In this document: positions 14,695 through 24,770 of the stretch, one piece after another | Numbering within the stretch: the stretch's first letter is position 1 | How the letters are laid out: the number at the start of each line of letters is the position of its first letter | Virus record (IMG/VR): IMGVR_UViG_3300032560_000102 | Coordinates: 1-26,435 of that record | Direction: 5' to 3' (one strand) | From: a virus | Lineage: Duplodnaviria; Caudoviricetes | Length of the DNA: 26,435 bases | The notes under the pieces: model-generated | Databases searched by the model: none | Seen by the model: only the letters and a program-made list of their open reading frames with translations | What the model was told of the DNA's origin: nothing | Position numbers and translations under genes: made by a program

Positions 14695-15041
14695 AATCCT
14701 TCTCCTGGGGTGATATAAACAGACGCATTGGCAGCATCGCCAATAATTCTTGCATACACATTGCCTGACTGACTTACTTGAGGTCCAGTAATTACTCTAT
14801 AAGCGTATGGTGGCAAAGGAATGACATAATTAGGACCATTATCTGGTAACGCCACATTAAAAGTATTGGTAGGGTTGATCCAAACATAAACAGCATTATT
14901 AACATCAGCATTAGAAATAAAATACTGGTTAACAGGGCTGTCTGCTGTGATGGTATATACATTGGACTGCGTGTTGGCAGCACCGTTAACGGCTATTTTT
15001 ACCGTTTTTCCCATCGGTTGAAAAGCGATATTATTAGCCAT
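14691..15041 (-). CDS. Putative beta-rich virion protein, paralog of 24230-24574
   Basis: AFQPMGKTV...NQYFISN...ASVYITPGEGL. Confidence 0.6.
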   Translation of the reverse strand: MANNIAFQPMGKTVKIAVNGAANTQSNVYTITADSPVNQYFISNADVNNAVYVWINPTNTFNVALPDNGPNYVIPLPPYAYRVITGPQVSQSGNVYARIIGDAANASVYITPGEGL

Positions 15042-15295
15042 TAGTAGATACTCTTTTTACCAGCGTTGCCTGGCTTAGTAGTTTTAGAATCTTTGGTGTT
15101 TGTATTGCCATCAAAGTTAAAAACAGACATATAGCCTGAAGGCATCTTGCCAGTTAATGCTGTATTAATTCCGCCAGCAGAACCATCTCTAGGCAACTGA
15201 GGGCGAATAGCATGAGCAACCTGCTGATTGTATTCAGTAGGTCTTTTATGAGGTTGACCACCACTACTCCCCTGGGTTTTCGGTTTTAGGCTCAT
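15041..15295 (-). CDS. Hypothetical protein
   Basis: 84 aa, AAGGA SD, coupled to the next gene. Confidence 0.6.
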   Translation of the reverse strand: MSLKPKTQGSSGGQPHKRPTEYNQQVAHAIRPQLPRDGSAGGINTALTGKMPSGYMSVFNFDGNTNTKDSKTTKPGNAGKKSIY

Positions 15296-15488
15296 TTTTA
15301 ATCCTTTCTTTTGTCTTGACTACAAGGTAGCAAAAAACTACAAATATTGCTAGTGTTGTTACTCTTTCCCACATGGGATTCCACATTGTCCAACCGCACA
15401 TAATGCTTGCTGCTATTAAACCTAAAATCGTTATCAAACGGTCTGTAATGACCCCTAACGCTAGGCGTACCAATGCTACTGCTTCCAT
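15264..15488 (-). CDS. Two-TM membrane protein, holin/pinholin candidate
   Basis: Two hydrophobic helices and a charged C-terminus, AGGGG SD, upstream of the SAR endolysin. Confidence 0.5.
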   Translation of the reverse strand: MEAVALVRLALGVITDRLITILGLIAASIMCGWTMWNPMWERVTTLAIFVVFCYLVVKTKERIKNEPKTENPGE

Positions 15489-15528
15489 ATTTATCCCCTA
15501 TGAACTTGTTAAAGATCACAGTTTAACC

Positions 15529-15735
15529 CTACTCATCAATATCATCAATACTGCCAAAACCACTACCCCACTCATCGTCAGAAATCTTCTGCTTGAGCTT
15601 TTCGATGTTCACCATACGGTCAATCACCTTACACTTGTCAGTGAGGGAAGCCATTTCATCTGCCATGACTTCTCGTAGCAGTTTTGCAACGGCATCCTCT
15701 AGATCGGGGTTTAAACCTTTAGATTTCTTGCTCAT
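15529..15735 (-). CDS. Hypothetical helical protein
   Basis: Start revised to ATG 15735 (ATGA overlap): MSKKSKGLNPDLEDAV... Confidence 0.65.
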   Translation of the reverse strand: MSKKSKGLNPDLEDAVAKLLREVMADEMASLTDKCKVIDRMVNIEKLKQKISDDEWGSGFGSIDDIDE

Positions 15736-17507
15736 TTTCCTAGTAATCCAGATGCAACATGACCAGTGGTGTAAAGACCAGCAGCTCCAAGAGCTATTCC
15801 TGTCCACTTTTTAACAGATTGCTTCATTTGTTCAGCATTAACAACGCCTTGAACTTCATTTAAGAATTGATCTCTTTGCTCAATAGGCAAGTAATCAGCC
15901 AATTTTTGGGCTTGTTTGTTAATGTAATTAATCTTCTCTTTAGCGTCAGTAATCTTGTCTGCACGGTCAATATCTGATTGCAAAATACGCAGTTCACCTT
16001 CAATTTTGCGTTGATCGGCAGCAGTTTTGGTTCTAGTCTTGCCACGCTCTAATGCGGTAACACCACGCTTTTCAGCTTGCTCTAATTGACGGACATAGTT
16101 ATTAGCCATGTCATAAGATCCAGTTTCCTTGAGCATTGCACGGGTATTTCTGTCATCAATAAACTTTCTTGCTTGAGATGCGTCTTTGCCTTGTAATTGA
16201 CCAGCAAAGTATTTTTGTGCTTCAGACTGGGCTAGTTTTTTGTCACCGCCAATAGCATCAACAAAGTTATCAAAGTTTTCTTTGTTTTTAAATACGGCTT
16301 TAGGAATGTCTTGAGCAGCAGTAGTAGCAATCGTTGTGCCTTTTTGCTCACCAACTAAAGACTTACCTAATTTGCTTTGGAAAGCCTGTAATGGAGCTGA
16401 ATCCTTGCGATATTGGCTAATAAAAGTCTTGATACCTGGAGAAAACTCCTCCATTACTCTTTCAATAGAGTCAGCCAGCTTGCCAGCCTTTTGTTGATTG
16501 ATAGCGTCAAAACCCTCAGCAGGTAATCCATAAGAGCGATCACGCAAAAACCTGCGTAAATCTTCCATACCTTCAAAGCTAATAGGTTTGCCACGAACAA
16601 TGCCAGCTTCATCCACATAACGAGGATCTAGCGCTCTCTTGATCTGCAATAAAGGATTTTTGATAGGTTCTAAAGTAGCTACAGCCAATTTGGTTTCAGG
16701 GTCATTTAACATACCCTTAATTTCTTTCATGACTTGTTTGTAAGATTCAGTATCTTCAACTTTAGCGCCAGCAAGTTCTTTTTGTTTTGCAGCGTTAAAA
16801 GCAGCAGCTTTATTTTTTTCGGCATTTGCTGCTCTAGTGCTTTTTAGCTTGTTGTAAACATCATCTGCTTTAGTTTTTAATCTTTGACCAATAGTTACAT
16901 CTGCTTCAGCAATTTTATTTTGAACGCCAGGCAATTGACCGTAAGCAGCTTCACCTTTACCAGCTTCACGCTCTGTAATCTTCTCAGCAGCGCCAGCACG
17001 CTTCTCAGCAGTGGTAGCTTTCTTGCCAGCAGCAGCAATTTCTTCAGCAGTTTTACCAGCAGTAGTAGCCTGTAGTTCAGCAGCAAGGTCTTTGCCACCG
17101 CCAATCATTTTTCCAACACCTTTAACTCCAGCTTTAGTTAAATCGTATGCGAGCTTTCCGCCTCCAGCAATTGCAGGTAACAATTCTCCAGCTTTTTGAT
17201 AACCGCTAACTTCTTTTCTTGGTTTTGGAATACCGAATTTGCCGTAAATTTCTTGAGCTTCTTCCGTTGTGGGAAAAAATGTTGAATGACCTTTTAATGC
17301 GCCTTCGCCTTTAGCTTCAGTAGGATAAAGGGCTTGCTCAATATCTCCACCAGTACCTAAAATGCTTGTGCCTAATCCATAGGCAGTTGCTCCAGCTTTT
17401 TCAAGTGCGCCTGGAGATTCATAAACAGGAGCTTTAGGCGTAGCCAATAAGTCACGCCCACCGCCTGAAGAAGTATCTCCAGCAAGAAGATCCTTTCCTT
17501 CAGCCAT
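15732..17507 (-). CDS. Putative internal virion/ejection protein
   Basis: 591 aa, Ala/Lys/Gly-rich and helical, N-terminal GKDLL/GRDLL repeats, last of four ejection-type genes. Confidence 0.65.
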   Translation of the reverse strand: MAEGKDLLAGDTSSGGGRDLLATPKAPVYESPGALEKAGATAYGLGTSILGTGGDIEQALYPTEAKGEGALKGHSTFFPTTEEAQEIYGKFGIPKPRKEVSGYQKAGELLPAIAGGGKLAYDLTKAGVKGVGKMIGGGKDLAAELQATTAGKTAEEIAAAGKKATTAEKRAGAAEKITEREAGKGEAAYGQLPGVQNKIAEADVTIGQRLKTKADDVYNKLKSTRAANAEKNKAAAFNAAKQKELAGAKVEDTESYKQVMKEIKGMLNDPETKLAVATLEPIKNPLLQIKRALDPRYVDEAGIVRGKPISFEGMEDLRRFLRDRSYGLPAEGFDAINQQKAGKLADSIERVMEEFSPGIKTFISQYRKDSAPLQAFQSKLGKSLVGEQKGTTIATTAAQDIPKAVFKNKENFDNFVDAIGGDKKLAQSEAQKYFAGQLQGKDASQARKFIDDRNTRAMLKETGSYDMANNYVRQLEQAEKRGVTALERGKTRTKTAADQRKIEGELRILQSDIDRADKITDAKEKINYINKQAQKLADYLPIEQRDQFLNEVQGVVNAEQMKQSVKKWTGIALGAAGLYTTGHVASGLLGK

Positions 17508-18892
17508 TATTGCTCTCCCTCAATCTTAAATCCTGCTTCTCTCAAACGCTTCTTAGCTTCATCTTCAGTAATCTTTTGACCTTTAGCAGTAGCAGAAACA
17601 TCGGCTGCTGTAGCGACTTTAGGCGCAGTAGGTGTAGCATCTTGTTTATTGTCCAAAGGCAATTCAGCACGCTTATAAATGTTTTTGCCGTATGCGTACA
17701 GTTCAGGACCAGTAATTGCAGGGTCTTTAGCTGCTGTAGCACGGGCAACTTCATTCATTTGCTCATTCATCAATTGTGAAAAACCTGCTGCATTAAATTG
17801 ATCTTGTGACATCAAAGTATTAAAGCGATTCTGGAATTGTTGTGTCATACCACGATTGCTACCCGCCAATGTACGCTCATATCCAACAAGATACGCTGCA
17901 TACTTTTTAGCAAAGATCAGAGCTGGCTGACCTTCATCTGGCATGGTTTCAATATCTTGAGTACCGCCACTAGCCTTCCAAGAATCAATGTATCTATTAA
18001 CATTTTGAGCAATCTGACCTTGCCTACCAAGATATTGAGGGTTTTCTTTAGCGTATTGCTTTAGTTCATCAGCGGTTGCAAGAGATAACGCTCCAGCATT
18101 AATAGAGTTTTTCTTATCTTCATTCTGAGAAGGTGTACCAGTAAATTGCAATCCTGGGAAAAAGTCAGTCATGCCAGCGCCTTTACCGCTAACGCCAGTT
18201 TTAATCGACTTAACCATAATTTCAGAGTACAACTTTGAATTAGCTTTAGCAATTTCTAAAGCATTTTGTGTTTGACCTGTTTCTATAGCCTGTTTAATAA
18301 GAGGACCGTTTAAAGCAACAATTTCTCCAGCTTTTAACATGGCTGCTTCTTTGTCAGTAACCCTGAGCTTTTGATATTGCTCTAAGTCTTTTAATAAAGC
18401 ATCGTTGGCAGCTTTCATTGAAGCCATTTCTTTATCAAAAGTAGCTTGCTCTTTAGCAAACAAGTCTTTTTTACCTTGCTGATAACCCTTGAGCATACCG
18501 CCCATAGCGTTCATAGCATTTAATCCAGACAGCTTTCCTGATCCGCCCAAAGCAACGCCCATTGTGGCTACCATGCTAAATATTGCTCCAATGTCAGCAG
18601 CATTATCTTGAGTTGGCTTAAACTCAGGAACTGGTTTTAATTGGCTTTTAACATCTTCATAGTGCGCTTTATCTTCAGCAGATATTCCCTCAAGAGCTTC
18701 TCTTTTAGCTCCTAATTCAGTAGCAGCTTTATTTGATTCGTATTCAGATTTAGCTTTTACAGCTTCATCGCCAGCTTTTTTCTGAGTTTGCAAAAAGCCT
18801 GGCAATTTACCTAAATTAGTATTCAAAGAGCTGCTTAAAGCAGAATTGTCTGTTGTTGATTCTGCTGTTGCTAGTGGTTGTGTATCAGCCAT
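17507..18892 (-). CDS. Putative internal virion/ejection protein
   Basis: 461 aa, helical Ala/Gln/Lys-rich with a hydrophobic Gly-rich segment. Confidence 0.65.
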   Translation of the reverse strand: MADTQPLATAESTTDNSALSSSLNTNLGKLPGFLQTQKKAGDEAVKAKSEYESNKAATELGAKREALEGISAEDKAHYEDVKSQLKPVPEFKPTQDNAADIGAIFSMVATMGVALGGSGKLSGLNAMNAMGGMLKGYQQGKKDLFAKEQATFDKEMASMKAANDALLKDLEQYQKLRVTDKEAAMLKAGEIVALNGPLIKQAIETGQTQNALEIAKANSKLYSEIMVKSIKTGVSGKGAGMTDFFPGLQFTGTPSQNEDKKNSINAGALSLATADELKQYAKENPQYLGRQGQIAQNVNRYIDSWKASGGTQDIETMPDEGQPALIFAKKYAAYLVGYERTLAGSNRGMTQQFQNRFNTLMSQDQFNAAGFSQLMNEQMNEVARATAAKDPAITGPELYAYGKNIYKRAELPLDNKQDATPTAPKVATAADVSATAKGQKITEDEAKKRLREAGFKIEGEQ

Positions 18893-19965
18893 TATGGAGT
18901 CCTAGTTGCAGGTTGAGCAGAGCCAAAAGTAGCGGGAGAACCACCGACCATTTGAGCCAATTGACCATAGAAGTTAGTGGTTGCTTGATTGAGCTGTTGA
19001 TCGAGTTGTAAACCAGTTTTAATAGCGCCAAGAGCAATATTGTCACCAATCTGCATAACTTGCAATCCGTATGTGTATTGATTGTTGAGCAATGTTTGAT
19101 AAATTTGAGCTTCTTGATTTGCAGCTTGCTGAACTCCAACACCGCCACGATTAGCAATGCCTTGATTAATCTGAGCTTTGGCAGCTTGGAACGCTTGTTG
19201 GCTTGCAGGACTTAATTGACCAGCTTGAGCCTGATTAACTAATGTTTGACCTTGTGTCTGATAAGGCTGTGCTAGCGCTTGCTCTTGACCTTGTGCAGCA
19301 TTAACTTGACCAGCAGTCTTACGAGCTTGTGAAGCGCCAAATAAACCTAAACCACCTGCTAAACCTAATTTAGCCAATGTATTCGGATTGGTTAATTGAT
19401 TGACCACATTGCCGAAGAATCCAGATTGAGGAATTGTGGCTTGTTGGCTTGCAGAAGTTCCGCCTAAACCAGTAGCTCCAGCAGGACCTGTTGTATCAGC
19501 AATTTGTTGACCAATTGGAGTCGTTGCTGCTGGTTGCAATTGACCGTAAGTGCTTGGAGTAAAACTGCCGTAAGCCTGATTTAGATAATCAGCAGTCTGA
19601 CCAGCACCAGGAGCGCCAGTAAGGTCAGGAGTTGCGCTTTGTGCAGGTGCGCCAGTAGAAATGCCAAAGTTACCACCGCCTGTATCAGAGGTTGTGGGTG
19701 CAGGAGCAGCTTCAGCGGGAGCTGGTGCAGGTGCTTGTTCAACAGGGGCTGGCGCTTGCTCTACAGGAGTAAAGTCAAAGCCATCATCAAACTCAGGCAA
19801 TCCTGTAGCAGGGTTGATACTGCCTCTACCGCCTCTACGCTTTAAAAGAGCAGCTTCTTGAGGAGTAATGTGAGCAAGAACGGAGTCTTTTCCACGACCT
19901 TTTGAACGCAATAATTTAGCTAAAGCAGCTAAATCCGTTCCTAGAGCTTTATTTAAGTTTGCCAT
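18892..19965 (-). CDS. Putative DNA transfer/ejection protein
   Basis: DSVLAHITPQEAALLK..GGRGSINPATGLPEF motif common in podovirus virion proteins, and a Gln/Ala-rich C-terminus. Confidence 0.7.
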   Translation of the reverse strand: MANLNKALGTDLAALAKLLRSKGRGKDSVLAHITPQEAALLKRRGGRGSINPATGLPEFDDGFDFTPVEQAPAPVEQAPAPAPAEAAPAPTTSDTGGGNFGISTGAPAQSATPDLTGAPGAGQTADYLNQAYGSFTPSTYGQLQPAATTPIGQQIADTTGPAGATGLGGTSASQQATIPQSGFFGNVVNQLTNPNTLAKLGLAGGLGLFGASQARKTAGQVNAAQGQEQALAQPYQTQGQTLVNQAQAGQLSPASQQAFQAAKAQINQGIANRGGVGVQQAANQEAQIYQTLLNNQYTYGLQVMQIGDNIALGAIKTGLQLDQQLNQATTNFYGQLAQMVGGSPATFGSAQPATRTP

Positions 19966-21438
19966 TTATATTCCTAATGCTCCTCTTAATGATTCCTCAT
20001 TCCAAACATTTTTTCTCTGACCATATCCTAATTGGTCTTGAGATCCAGTGGCTTCGGCTGGGTTTACGGCTTGTGAGCTGCCTAATAAAGCAGATGACAA
20101 TGCGCTTGATCCAGAACCAGAACCGCCTCCTGTAGAACTACCGCCTAAAATATTGGCAATAGTGGTCATAAATGGCGCTTTTGTGTAATCGGTTTGATTA
20201 TCACCTTCACCTGTACCGTCTCCAGTACCACCGCCACCAGTTCCGCCAGTACCGCTAGCGCCTGATCCAGTGCCACCACCGCCACCAGCTTTACCAGCGG
20301 AAACAGATTTAGCGCCTGTGCCGTCACCTGATTTAACTCCTGTGCCACCTGATAAGGTTGCAGTAGGAGCGGATGTTCCGTTGCCTAAATTTGTTCCCAA
20401 GGCACTGCTTAAAGCATCTGTGGATGTGGGTGTAGATGTTGGCGTTCCTGAAGATGAGCTTCCAGAAGTTGATTGAGTTGTAGTGTTCGGTACAGTCGCA
20501 ATCTGAGGTGCATTTGTAATGTCAGATGGCGTTGAAGTATTTGACGCAGTAGTTGACGGAGTCTGATATGTCGCATCCGCTGGCAATTGTGCGTTTGTAT
20601 TGACTAAAGTATTGCTGGAGTCATATTGATAATATGAACCTTGACCATTATCAACATAGTAATTACCAGCTCCATCGGTCAATCTTGGCGATACTTGCTG
20701 AACAGTAACAGATCCAGTTGGCACAAGAGGCTCTGGAACATCGCTTGTGACAGTTGATGCAGTTGGTGCGTATGATGTTGTTGCAGCAGGAGTGCTTTGT
20801 AACGAACCTCCTACAGCATTGCCCAAACCTGAAGCTAATGCAGATTCAGCCACATTTTGACCACCTGTAGCAGCCTTAGCAGCACCGCCTAAAGCACCAG
20901 CAACAGAAGTGGGAGCGCCAGCTTCAGCAGCGCCAGTGCCTACAGCACCACCAACAGCGCCAGCAACAGGATTACCACCAGTAATGGCAGCCTGAGTAGC
21001 GCCAACAGCAGAGTTAGCAACAACGCTAGCAACATCACCTCCAACGGCAGGAGCAATCGCTTGAGCAACAGTAGATGCAGATGCGCCTACAGCACCAGAT
21101 GCAGCACCTTCAGCAGCAGCCGTAGCAATCTGATCTGCACTTCCGCCATTAGCAGCAACAACCACCGCATTAGTAGAAGCGCCTACAGCAGCAGCACCTA
21201 CCGCAGCAGTAGCAGCAGCAGAAGCGTCAGTAACGCCAGCCGTTTCCATAATTGCAGCGCCAACTTCAGGTCCAGCAACAACAGATGCAGCAACGGCTAC
21301 AACTGGGGTGGCAACAGCGACAATAGTTTGAATAGGTGACTTTCCACCGCCTCCGCCTTTGCCACCACCGCCTCCTCCACCGCCGTAGAGCATATATTGG
21401 TCAACAAAGAACCATTTAAGAGTGCTAAATAAACTCAT
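19966..21438 (-). CDS. Gly/Ala/Ser/Thr-rich putative pilot/ejection protein
   Basis: Poly-Gly after an 18-aa leader, long GxxxG/Ala hydrophobic region, Ser/Thr-rich linker. Confidence 0.65.
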   Translation of the reverse strand: MSLFSTLKWFFVDQYMLYGGGGGGGGKGGGGGKSPIQTIVAVATPVVAVAASVVAGPEVGAAIMETAGVTDASAAATAAVGAAAVGASTNAVVVAANGGSADQIATAAAEGAASGAVGASASTVAQAIAPAVGGDVASVVANSAVGATQAAITGGNPVAGAVGGAVGTGAAEAGAPTSVAGALGGAAKAATGGQNVAESALASGLGNAVGGSLQSTPAATTSYAPTASTVTSDVPEPLVPTGSVTVQQVSPRLTDGAGNYYVDNGQGSYYQYDSSNTLVNTNAQLPADATYQTPSTTASNTSTPSDITNAPQIATVPNTTTQSTSGSSSSGTPTSTPTSTDALSSALGTNLGNGTSAPTATLSGGTGVKSGDGTGAKSVSAGKAGGGGGTGSGASGTGGTGGGGTGDGTGEGDNQTDYTKAPFMTTIANILGGSSTGGGSGSGSSALSSALLGSSQAVNPAEATGSQDQLGYGQRKNVWNEESLRGALGI

Positions 21439-21839
21439 AAAACAATCTCCATCATTGTCGTTTTTCTCAGAACGCCAACTCTTTCATATAGTCTTGCAAC
21501 GGAATCCGTTACATATCCTTGAACCCTATCAGCGCCATATTCTTTTAGTAGCTGCATAAACTTTGCATAATTACTAGGTTTTATTAACCCTTTTCCACCA
21601 ATACAAGTGACAAAAGCCACATGAGATCGTGGATACACTACAAAAGACACTACAGCACCACCAATTACTACTTCATTCTCAACAAAAGCAAATAACTTCC
21701 AATTACCTTTTGTTACATACAACTTCAAGTCGTTCAGTTCAAACTCAGCATCATGCCTATCCAAAGCCCTTTGAAAGTAAGGCTCTACTTGTGACCATAC
21801 ATAGTCAACAGCTTCAGCAGGAACGCAGTAAGCCTCCAT
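21435..21839 (-). CDS. Putative GNAT-fold protein
   Basis: VWSQVEPYFQRAL...AFVTCIGGKG...GADRVQG...VARLYERVG resembles the acetyltransferase-like proteins that precede ejection genes. Confidence 0.55.
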   Translation of the reverse strand: MEAYCVPAEAVDYVWSQVEPYFQRALDRHDAEFELNDLKLYVTKGNWKLFAFVENEVVIGGAVVSFVVYPRSHVAFVTCIGGKGLIKPSNYAKFMQLLKEYGADRVQGYVTDSVARLYERVGVLRKTTMMEIVL

Positions 21840-22210
21840 TAGATACCTTCTTCAACAAGTTGCTCCGTTAACTTTCCGACAGTAATTGCATATCCTAAAA
21901 TCTTGTAATTAATTCCCTGACCGACTTCCTGAGGGGTTGCTAATTTGTACTTTACAGCCATCTCCATTGCCATTTTGTAGGCAACAGGATCACGCAAACC
22001 TCGTTGGGCAAGTTTTCCAGCCTGAATTAAGGTGTTCGGATCTAATTTGTATTGAACGATGTATTGGCGAATCTGCTCTTTTGCTTTTTCAACAACAGCG
22101 GGTTGTTTAGGTTTTCCCTTGTTTTTCAACAAATCCATTACTTCTGGGTTCATTTGTTGCGTTGCAACATTTGAATTTTGTTGGGGAGGGGAAGAAATAA
22201 TATTTGACAT
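21839..22210 (-). CDS. Hypothetical protein
   Basis: Start revised to ATG 22210 (TAATG coupling): MSNIISSPPQQ... Confidence 0.65.
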   Translation of the reverse strand: MSNIISSPPQQNSNVATQQMNPEVMDLLKNKGKPKQPAVVEKAKEQIRQYIVQYKLDPNTLIQAGKLAQRGLRDPVAYKMAMEMAVKYKLATPQEVGQGINYKILGYAITVGKLTEQLVEEGI

Positions 22211-22551
22211 TAACTTAGTCCTAAAGCGGTAGCAATTTCCTGATGGATAGTGTAATGCGTTCCCACCCAATCGTAAAACTGTTCTTCGTTATTAAAGTCC
22301 ACATCGAGCATATTAAAAGGGTTTTCAAGACCTAAAATCTCGGCTAAAGCCTGATGCTCTACTTGGTGAGCAAGAAGCCAATCATCCAAATTAGCTGGAT
22401 CAGCGTCTGTAATTGGCAATTTGCTGTATGTAATGTTGTTTTGGGCTAATTTGTTCCAAAATGTTTGATGTTCCAGTCCATTTTCAAAAAGAAAGTCATT
22501 TAATGATTCAATATCACCAAATTTGACAATGGATAATGTATCGAAATTCAT
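22210..22551 (-). CDS. Hypothetical protein with repeated W/F-xxx-H-xxx-H motif
   Basis: FLFENGLEHQ / WLLAHQVEHQ / WVGTHYTIHQ. Confidence 0.7.
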   Translation of the reverse strand: MNFDTLSIVKFGDIESLNDFLFENGLEHQTFWNKLAQNNITYSKLPITDADPANLDDWLLAHQVEHQALAEILGLENPFNMLDVDFNNEEQFYDWVGTHYTIHQEIATALGLS

Positions 22552-22772
22552 TACTTATCCGCTTTACCATCTAGCCTATCAAAGATGCGGGCTAACATAC
22601 CTTTAATATCGGCAATATCAATGCGGTAATCATCTTTCATTACATAGCCTCGTTCAATTTCTTTAACATCTTCTTTCAAGTCACGAATAGCATCCCAAAG
22701 GACTTTAAAAAGCCATCCAGCAATAGTTCCGACAATTGAAAGTGCAATATTGAAAAGTAATTGAAAGTCCAT
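22551..22772 (-). CDS. Single-TM plus coiled-coil phage membrane protein (holin-like candidate)
   Basis: N-terminal TM helix, YVMKDDY...IFDRLDGKADK. Confidence 0.6.
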   Translation of the reverse strand: MDFQLLFNIALSIVGTIAGWLFKVLWDAIRDLKEDVKEIERGYVMKDDYRIDIADIKGMLARIFDRLDGKADK

Positions 22773-22774
22773 GT

Positions 22775-24229
22775 TTATACCGAGTAATAAGGCACTTTAA
22801 CAACAGTACCGTTAAGGTCAATTTCAAGAAATCCAGCAGGTACAAGCAAAAGACTAGATGTGGCGTAAGTAGCGTTACCAGTAGTAGTTGCTGTTAAGTT
22901 AGTGGCTTGCACATTAATCGTACCGCCTGTAATTGCTACATTATTGGCATTTTGAAACGCCATAGTGCCAAGACCGCTGACACCAATAGTGACATTAGCT
23001 TGACCAGTACCAGGACTGTCAGCCGTTGAAATCGTGATGTTTGCGCCAGGAATAAAGTTAATTGCTGGTTCAGATCCAACTAAAACGCCATTGTTTTGAA
23101 CGGTTACTTTTTGGTTTACAGAGTTGGCAGTGACCGATAAAGTCACATTGCCTGTCAATGCGCCACCGCCTGATAAACCTGATCCTGCCAATACATAAGT
23201 TGTGTTAGGTACTGCGCCTGATACAGCAGCTACACCAATTGCAATAGCCACATTTGCTGCGCTTGTAGCCCTGCCTTTAGCGTCAAAAGTAACTTGAGAT
23301 ACTTGTGAGGCTGTACCGTAAATACCTGCCGTAACACCACTTGTGTTCAAAGTAGGGTTAGGGTAAGTACCTGTTAAATCGCCACCAGCAGTACCACCTG
23401 GGGATGTTCCTGTGATGGTGACATTAGAAGCGGATGTAATACGACCTTTTGCATCTACAACAATTTGAGGAGATGCCGTTGCAGTACCGTAAGTACCTGC
23501 TGTAACGCCAGAAACATTAAGGCTGGGATTAGGATAGCTACCAGTAAGATCACCACCAGCAGTTCCTCCAGGAGTAGTGCCACTAATCGTAACATTGCTT
23601 GCATTGGTTATTCTTCCTTGTGCATCAACAGTAAATACACCGTTGATCGTGGCGTTTCCGTAAGTTCCCGCTGTAACAGCAGTATTGGCAAGGCTAATAG
23701 TTCCGCTAGTGGTGATTGGACCACCAGTTAAACCAGTGCCAGTAGCAACGCTAGTAACAGAACCGTTCCCCGTTCCTGGGGTAAATCCAAGTGCGGTAAC
23801 AATATCACCGCTAGTAAGAGTGACATTGCCTGTACGAGTGTTAAATGTAAGAACGCCAGCATTAGTTAAAGTTACATTTCCTGTTAATCTACCACCACCA
23901 GAAAGTCCAGTGCCAGCAATGACATAAGCAGTATTAGGTGTTGCGCCAACATCATTAGCGCCTAAAACAACAATACCTGTTTGACCGTTTACAGAGGTGA
24001 CAGCGCCAGTCTGGTTATCTACTTTCTCCCAAACATTGCCGTCAAATACTGCCCAATCGCCTACTTTCCATGATGTAATACCGTTTAAATTGGTACTACC
24101 AGCAACGGAAACAACATAATAAAAACCTTTAGTACCGACTGAACTTTGCAAAAATGGAGTGTTTGAGTTCGCATCCCAAGTAGATTGGTATGTTAACGAT
24201 CCCGCAAAGTTGCCAGATACCTTGAGCAT
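22775..24229 (-). CDS. Tail fibre/spike-like protein with internal repeats
   Basis: Gly/Thr-rich. [18 protein letters not shown], repeated VTAGxYG...[12 protein letters not shown] and [15 protein letters not shown] modules. Confidence 0.8.
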   Translation of the reverse strand: MLKVSGNFAGSLTYQSTWDANSNTPFLQSSVGTKGFYYVVSVAGSTNLNGITSWKVGDWAVFDGNVWEKVDNQTGAVTSVNGQTGIVVLGANDVGATPNTAYVIAGTGLSGGGRLTGNVTLTNAGVLTFNTRTGNVTLTSGDIVTALGFTPGTGNGSVTSVATGTGLTGGPITTSGTISLANTAVTAGTYGNATINGVFTVDAQGRITNASNVTISGTTPGGTAGGDLTGSYPNPSLNVSGVTAGTYGTATASPQIVVDAKGRITSASNVTITGTSPGGTAGGDLTGTYPNPTLNTSGVTAGIYGTASQVSQVTFDAKGRATSAANVAIAIGVAAVSGAVPNTTYVLAGSGLSGGGALTGNVTLSVTANSVNQKVTVQNNGVLVGSEPAINFIPGANITISTADSPGTGQANVTIGVSGLGTMAFQNANNVAITGGTINVQATNLTATTTGNATYATSSLLLVPAGFLEIDLNGTVVKVPYYSV

Positions 24230-24574
24230 TTACATTCCATCGCCATTGACAATGTACAAAGTTGCGTTGTTAGCAGCAGTAATGGCTGTGAACCACGCAT
24301 TAGGAACAAAAGTAATGATTTCGTCTGTATTAGGCAATATGTACAAGGTAGTTGTACTGTTACCACCTGTAGGAATAACGCAATTTGCTTGCGCTACTGC
24401 TGCCGTTTGTGCATACGATAAAAAACATCCTTGAGTAGTAGATGCGTTAATAATGCGATATTGGTTGCCACCAAAGCTGCCGCTCGAATTAACTTGAACG
24501 GCAGAAGGTGCAGAGGTAGCAGCCGTAATCACTACGGTGTTACCTAGTGGAGTGAAGGCTGCTGATACGCTCAT
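24230..24574 (-). CDS. Putative beta-rich virion protein, paralog of 14691-15041
   Basis: AFTPLGNTV...NQYRIIN...ATLYIVNGDGM. Confidence 0.6.
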   Translation of the reverse strand: MSVSAAFTPLGNTVVITAATSAPSAVQVNSSGSFGGNQYRIINASTTQGCFLSYAQTAAVAQANCVIPTGGNSTTTLYILPNTDEIITFVPNAWFTAITAANNATLYIVNGDGM

Positions 24575-24741
24575 TGTACGGTTTCTTCCTGTGATGGAGC
24601 TTCTTCTTTTGAAGGAAGCTGTAAGTTGTATTGATCTGCCAATTTAGTAAACAAAGGTGCTGTACCAGTGTTGTTTGGCAAACCACCAATTTGATTAATG
24701 ATAAATAAGGCTTCGTTATCTTCTAATGTAAAAGTTTTCAT
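24571..24741 (-). CDS. Small hypothetical protein (56 aa, not in the ORF track)
   Basis: AGGGG SD. MKTFTLEDNEALFIINQIGGLPNNTGTAPLFTKLADQYNLQLP..., with ATGA overlap. Confidence 0.7.
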   Translation of the reverse strand: MKTFTLEDNEALFIINQIGGLPNNTGTAPLFTKLADQYNLQLPSKEEAPSQEETVQ

Positions 24742-24770
24742 AGGTATCCCCTAAAGTTGTTGTTAAAAAT

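Noticed and set aside
19600-21400. GCA/CCA-rich low-complexity repeats and antisense ORFs
   Set aside because: Explained by Ala/Gly codon runs in the ejection proteins.
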